Sequence record: SRR31156797_2579
DNA length: 44,008 bases
Reading direction: 5' to 3' (one strand)
The notes under the pieces are model-generated. The model saw only the letters and a list, made by a program, of their open reading frames with translations. It was not told the origin of the DNA and did no database searches. Made by a program: the position numbers and the translations under genes. Below, one piece after another: positions 38,902 through 44,008 of this stretch (the first letter of the stretch is position 1; each line of letters opens with the position of its first letter).

Positions 38902-39415
38902 ATTTCTCTTCCTTTTTTCCTTTATATATTTTATATAATTATAGCCGATGCTTATATAAAACCAAAGTATAAAGTTATCATCTTTAAATTACACAAATGC
39001 TTACTATTTAGCTATTGCTCATTGCAGCCGTCTTTATTTTAAACAAATGTACAGTATAGAATATTTAAATCCCCTGAATGATTTTAGGTTCTTTCTGCCG
39101 TTTTTTCATGCATCTAGCCTATTATCAAATATTTTCATAAAAGAAAATGGAAATAACGCTTACCAAATTAAATGCAATAAAATATTGGAAATAGCTATAC
39201 TCCCTATTGAAATAGCACATATTATTAGTTATAATGTATATTATAACTTCGTTAAATTTTTAACCATCTTAATGTGATTAAAACAATAAATATTGTAAAT
39301 ATTACTTATTGAATATTGATTTTTTATCACAATGATATATAATACTATTAATTTAACATGCTAAAACATTAAAGAAAATATAGCAATGAAGCTGTCAAAC
39401 ACGAAAGGAAGTAAA

Positions 39416-40489
39416 ATGAAAAGAGTTTACAATTTTTCAGCCGGTCCATCAGTCCTGCCTCTGCCTGTACTAGAGAAAGCCCAAAGCGAAATGCTTTCCT
39501 ACTCTACATCGGGGATGAGCGTAATGGAAATGAGCCACAGATCCAAATCCTATCAAGAAATATTTGACAGCACAAAGTCGTCACTTATAAAACTAATGAA
39601 TATTCCAGATGATTATGAAGTTCTGTTCCTACAGGGCGGTGCCAGTACCCAGTTCGCTGCCGTTCCTCTCAATCTGTCAGACAATAAAAAGTGTCTGTAT
39701 ATAGAGAGCGGAGCATTTTCTGCAAAGGCAATAAAGGAAGCAAAGAGATTTGCTGACGCTGAAGTCATCGCATCCAGCAAAGACGACAACTACAAATCAA
39801 TCCCCAAGGAATATACTATAGACCAAAATGCAGCCTATCTGCATATAACATCCAATAATACGATTTTCGGAACAACGTTCAAGGATGTTCCAGATACTGG
39901 TAATGTGGAATTGGTATCAGATATGTCCTCTGAAATATGCGGAGTGCAAAGAGACGTAAAGAACTTTGGTCTAATATATGCAGGTGCGCAGAAGAATTTG
40001 GGTCCTGCTGGTATGACCTTAGTAATAGTAAAGAAATCATTGCTTGGCAAAGAGCTGCAAAGTACTCCTACCATGCTTAGCTATACTGCATTAGCAAAAG
40101 GTGACTCAATGATAAATACCCCTCCTACATATTCAATCTATGTTGCCGGACTAAATTTCCAATACATGCTGGATAATGGCGGTGTTGCAGGTGCAGAGAA
40201 AAGAAACATTGAAAAAGCAAATATGTTATATAATTTCATCGACAATTCCAAGATGTACTCACCTGTTGCAAATAAAGATGACCGCTCAATAATGAATGTA
40301 ACCTTTACCTTGCCAAATGACGATTTAACTGCCAGCTTTGTAAATGAAGCCGCACAAAACGGATTGGTAAATCTAAAAGGTCACAGATCAATCGGCGGTA
40401 TCAGAGCATCTATCTACAATGCAATGGAGCTAGATGGCATCAAGGCACTATGTGAATTCATGGCGAAGTTCGAAAAACAAAACGCATAA
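39416..40489 (+). CDS. serC: Phosphoserine aminotransferase
   Basis: YNFSAGPS, EMSHRS, AGAQKNLGPAG, NTPP, GHRSIGGIRASIYNA; start at 39416 after AAAGGA. Confidence 0.96.
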   Translation: MKRVYNFSAGPSVLPLPVLEKAQSEMLSYSTSGMSVMEMSHRSKSYQEIFDSTKSSLIKLMNIPDDYEVLFLQGGASTQFAAVPLNLSDNKKCLYIESGAFSAKAIKEAKRFADAEVIASSKDDNYKSIPKEYTIDQNAAYLHITSNNTIFGTTFKDVPDTGNVELVSDMSSEICGVQRDVKNFGLIYAGAQKNLGPAGMTLVIVKKSLLGKELQSTPTMLSYTALAKGDSMINTPPTYSIYVAGLNFQYMLDNGGVAGAEKRNIEKANMLYNFIDNSKMYSPVANKDDRSIMNVTFTLPNDDLTASFVNEAAQNGLVNLKGHRSIGGIRASIYNAMELDGIKALCEFMAKFEKQNA

Positions 40490-40504
40490 AATTGAGGTAT
40501 ATTA

Positions 40505-41665
40505 ATGTATAATATTAAAAAATTAAATCCTGTTTCAGAAGTAATAAATAATTACCTGCCCAGTGATAACTATAAAATATCTGACAACTGTAATAATCCT
40601 AATGGCATTCTGGTTCGTTCTGCAAAAATGCATGACTACAAAGTTAATGAAGAACTTCTATGTGTAGCTCGTGCAGGTGCAGGCTACAATAACATTCCGT
40701 ACAAGGAATATGCACAGGAAGGTATTGTAGTCTTTAACACTCCTGGTGCAAATGCAAATGGAGTAAAGGAGCTAGCTATGTGTGCACTGCTATTAGCATC
40801 TCGTGATATATATGCTGCTATAGCGTGGGTGAATACTCAGAAAGAAACTCCGGATATTGAGAAGCTGGTAGAAAAACAAAAGAAAAAATATGCCGGAAAT
40901 GAAATAGCTGGAAAAATCATGGGGATAGTAGGCGTTGGTGCAATTGGTGCAATGGTAGCAAATGCCTCTCATGGTATGGATATGGATGTCATGGGCTATG
41001 ATCCATTTATGACAGTAGAATCTGCTATGACATTGTCTAGAGATATAAAGAGAGTTCACAGCACAGATGAGATATTTAAGAATTCAGACTATATTTCACT
41101 GCATTTGCCTCTGCTGGACGCAACAAAGCATACCATTAACAAGGATACACTAGAAAAATGTAAAGACGACGTGGTAATAATAAATCTCGCTCGTGGTGAG
41201 TTAGTCAATGATGACGATATGCTGAATGCATTAAAATCAGGCAAAGTAAAACGCTATGTAACTGACTTTCCAAATAATAAACTAATTGGTGAAGATGGTG
41301 TAATAGCGATTCCTCACCTTGGAGCATCTACTAAGGAAAGCGAAGTCAACTGCGCAATCATGGCTGCCAGACAAATACGAGACTACCTAGAAAATGGCAC
41401 TATTAAAAATTCAGTTAACCTACCAAACTGTGACCTGCCTCGCTCTGGTAAATATCGCCTGACTATAATCCACAAAAACATAACAAATATGGTTGGTCAG
41501 ATAACTGGTACATTAGCTGATGAAAATCATAATATTACAAATATGATTAATAAGTCTCGAGAAGACTTAGCATACACAATGATTGACTTGGACGACAGTC
41601 CAACGGATAGATGCATTGCAGCTCTGTGCAAAATTGAAGGGGTTATCAGAGTACGTCATATCTAA
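40505..41665 (+). CDS. serA: D-3-phosphoglycerate dehydrogenase with C-terminal ACT-like domain
   Basis: RAGAGYNNI, GVGAIG, NLARG, PHLGAST; follows serC. Confidence 0.93.
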   Translation: MYNIKKLNPVSEVINNYLPSDNYKISDNCNNPNGILVRSAKMHDYKVNEELLCVARAGAGYNNIPYKEYAQEGIVVFNTPGANANGVKELAMCALLLASRDIYAAIAWVNTQKETPDIEKLVEKQKKKYAGNEIAGKIMGIVGVGAIGAMVANASHGMDMDVMGYDPFMTVESAMTLSRDIKRVHSTDEIFKNSDYISLHLPLLDATKHTINKDTLEKCKDDVVIINLARGELVNDDDMLNALKSGKVKRYVTDFPNNKLIGEDGVIAIPHLGASTKESEVNCAIMAARQIRDYLENGTIKNSVNLPNCDLPRSGKYRLTIIHKNITNMVGQITGTLADENHNITNMINKSREDLAYTMIDLDDSPTDRCIAALCKIEGVIRVRHI

Positions 41666-41776
41666 TAAAAATTGTACAAAAATAAGCTATAGCATGCATT
41701 ATTGGGCTATAGCTTATACTATATTTGATATATTCCATTTTATGTCATAATTAACAGGTGTTTTTGAAAATTTGCC

Positions 41777-41805
41777 TTGACATATGCTTCTGTCATGAGT
41801 ATAAT
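41777..41805 (+). promoter_or_regulatory. Sigma-A promoter of greA-lysS
   Basis: Consensus TTGACA-17 bp-TATAAT. Confidence 0.9.
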
Positions 41806-41940
41806 ACGTAAATCACTGACAGACAGTTGCATTAGCTGTCTGTTGCAGTGTACATCGAGAAAATTTATCAGACTAGTAATATTTTTCTTCCTCGATGTAT
41901 AATATATTACTTATAAGAAGGAAAAAAAGGGGATAATACT

Positions 41941-42417
41941 ATGACAGACAAAGTTATATATCTAACAAAAGAAGGTATAAAAAAACTTGAAGATCGCCTA
42001 GAGTATTTAACATCAGAAAAAAGAACTGAAATTGCTGATAGAATCAAAGCCGCTATAGCACTGGGTGATTTATCAGAAAACAGTGAATATATCGAAGCAA
42101 AAAATGAACAGGCCTTTTTGGAAGGCGAGATTGTGGACATTGAAAGAACTCTGCGTCATGCAGAAGTCATTCACACAGAGGACATAGACGGGTCAACAGT
42201 AATAATTGGTGCTGTAGTTGAAGTAGAAGATGTTGATATGAAGAAGAAAATCAACTATACTATAGTAAGTGCAAATGAAGCAGATCCATTTGCCGGTAAA
42301 ATATCTAACGAAAGTCCAATTGGTGTAGCACTTCTAGGCAAGGCACTAAACGACATTGTGGAGATTACCACACCTAGAGGAGATAAACGCCTAAAAATAT
42401 TAAAAATCCATAGCTAA
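41941..42417 (+). CDS. greA: Transcription elongation factor GreA
   Basis: GDLSENSEY..AKNEQ, EADP..GKISNESPIG. Confidence 0.97.
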   Translation: MTDKVIYLTKEGIKKLEDRLEYLTSEKRTEIADRIKAAIALGDLSENSEYIEAKNEQAFLEGEIVDIERTLRHAEVIHTEDIDGSTVIIGAVVEVEDVDMKKKINYTIVSANEADPFAGKISNESPIGVALLGKALNDIVEITTPRGDKRLKILKIHS

Positions 42418-42440
42418 CAGATAGAAAGGCTTAATAAAAA

Positions 42441-43922
42441 ATGGCAGATACAAAAGAAACCCAAGTTAATCTTAAGCAGCTGATACAGGTTCGCCGCGAC
42501 AAGCTAAGTGCATTGCAGGATACAGGTAATGACCCTTTCCACAATACGGAATTTGACATTAACAATTATTCAGTAAATATTCTAGATAATTTCGATGAAT
42601 TAGAGGGCACAAATGTATCTATCGCAGGCAGAATGATGAGCAAACGTGTAATGGGAAAGGCAAGCTTTGCTCATGTTCAGGATACTAAAGGCAAAATCCA
42701 GATTTATGTCAAGAGGGATTTGCTGGGCGAAGATGAATATAAGGCTTTTAAGAAATATGACATCGGCGATATAGTTGGTGTAAAGGGTAAGATATTCCGT
42801 ACTCAAAGAGGTGAGATATCAATAGAAGCTGTAAGTGTTACACTTCTATCCAAGTCATTGCTGCCATTGCCGGAAAAATATCATGGGCTAAAGGATTTGG
42901 ATTTACGCTACAGGCAAAGATATGTTGACCTAATTGTAAATCCTGAAGTTAAGGAAACGTTCCAAAAGCGTTCTAGGATTATTACAGAAATCCGTAACTT
43001 CATGGACAGCAGAGGTTTCCTAGAGGTTGATACTCCTGTACTGCACAATCATTCAACCAATTCTGCCGCAAAGCCATTCAAGACTCACCACAATGCATTG
43101 GATATTGATATGTACCTGCGTGTGGAGACTGAGCTTGCATTAAAGCGACTGATTATCGGCGGTATTGACAAGGTATATGAAATGGGCAGAATCTTCCGCA
43201 ACGAAGGCATGAGCCCAAGGCATAATCCTGAGTTTACATCTATTGAGATTTATGAGGCATATACCAATCTTGAGGGCATGATGAATCTGACCGAAAGCCT
43301 ATTTACCCATATTGCAGATACTGTAATTGGTTCTCGTGAGCTTGAATATCAGGGCGAGACTATCAGCCTTGCATCTCCGTTCAAGAGGCTTACTATGATA
43401 GAAGCCGTAAAGGAATATGCAGGTATTGATTTTGCTGAGTTTGAGCTGGATGATGAGAAGGCAAAAGCCGTTGCTAAAGAGCATCATATCACTATAGATG
43501 ATAGTGCTACATGGGGCAGCATACTAAATGAGTTCTTCGAGGAAAAAGTAGAGGAAAATTTGGTTCAGCCTACATTTATCTATGATTATCCTGTCGAGGT
43601 CAGCCCGCTTGCCAAAAAGCATATTGACAGACCTCATATGACACATAGATTTGAAATCTTTGTTACACGTCGTGAGTTGGGGAATGCTTTTACAGAGCTG
43701 AATGATCCAATCGACCAAAAGCAAAGATTTGAAGCACAGGCAAAGGCAAAATTTGGTGATGATGAGTATACCATTGATGAGGACTTTGTCACAGCTATGG
43801 AATATGGAATGCCTCCTACAGGCGGTGTAGGAATTGGTATCGACAGGCTGATAATGCTCTTTACCGACGCACCTAGTATCCGTGACGTGCTGTTCTTCCC
43901 TACTATGAAGCCTAAAGAATAG
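42441..43922 (+). CDS. lysS: Lysine--tRNA ligase (class II)
   Basis: PLPEKYHGL, RYRQRYVDL, FRNEG...HNPEFT, GMPPTGGVGIGIDRL. Confidence 0.98.
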   Translation: MADTKETQVNLKQLIQVRRDKLSALQDTGNDPFHNTEFDINNYSVNILDNFDELEGTNVSIAGRMMSKRVMGKASFAHVQDTKGKIQIYVKRDLLGEDEYKAFKKYDIGDIVGVKGKIFRTQRGEISIEAVSVTLLSKSLLPLPEKYHGLKDLDLRYRQRYVDLIVNPEVKETFQKRSRIITEIRNFMDSRGFLEVDTPVLHNHSTNSAAKPFKTHHNALDIDMYLRVETELALKRLIIGGIDKVYEMGRIFRNEGMSPRHNPEFTSIEIYEAYTNLEGMMNLTESLFTHIADTVIGSRELEYQGETISLASPFKRLTMIEAVKEYAGIDFAEFELDDEKAKAVAKEHHITIDDSATWGSILNEFFEEKVEENLVQPTFIYDYPVEVSPLAKKHIDRPHMTHRFEIFVTRRELGNAFTELNDPIDQKQRFEAQAKAKFGDDEYTIDEDFVTAMEYGMPPTGGVGIGIDRLIMLFTDAPSIRDVLFFPTMKPKE

Positions 43923-43949
43923 GAAATAAAATCAAATATTGTATTTATT

Positions 43950-43977
43950 AAGCTGTTGAGAAATCGACAGCTTTTTT
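43950..43977 (+). terminator. Intrinsic terminator after lysS
   Basis: AAGCTGTTGA-GAAA-TCGACAGCTT followed by a T tract. Confidence 0.8.
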
Positions 43978-44008
43978 GTATGGGACTCTGTCCCAAACCC
44001 TGCTTAAG

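Noticed and set aside
39047-39277. 76-aa ORF upstream of serC
   Set aside because: Very AT-rich with no RBS or recognisable motif; probably spurious.

Overview
AT-rich chromosomal segment from a spore-forming Clostridia-type bacterium (spoIIP, yabM-like flippase, yabN/mazG, sigI-rsgI). It is probably origin-proximal: soj/parA-spo0J/parB and five parS palindromes lie within 30.4-37.2 kb, although I saw no dnaA or DnaA-box cluster. Housekeeping genes (hup, mazG, feoAB, prmA, mtaB, galE, deoC, serC-serA, greA-lysS, tRNA-Arg-CCT) are interleaved with accessory and regulatory modules: blaI + M56 sensor, sigI-rsgI-DUF5667-like, a 7-repeat propeller surface protein, CIRCE-controlled hsp20, a TipA/Mta-type MerR regulator, an attenuator-controlled resistance-type ABC-F, a nitroreductase and a serine hydrolase. 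The most unusual signal is non-coding: a modular hairpin-repeat family whose stems change sequence but keep pairing. It appears as a 3-unit tandem array (26.8-27.0 kb), a composite copy (11.1-11.4 kb) and two opposite-strand copies fused to perfect parS sites that bracket prmA. Other notable items are a probable ATT start codon on the ABC-F, a leaderless plus internal-start MerR gene, and a sortase-like signal cut by an amber stop. All calls were made by eye; no searches or folding programs were run.
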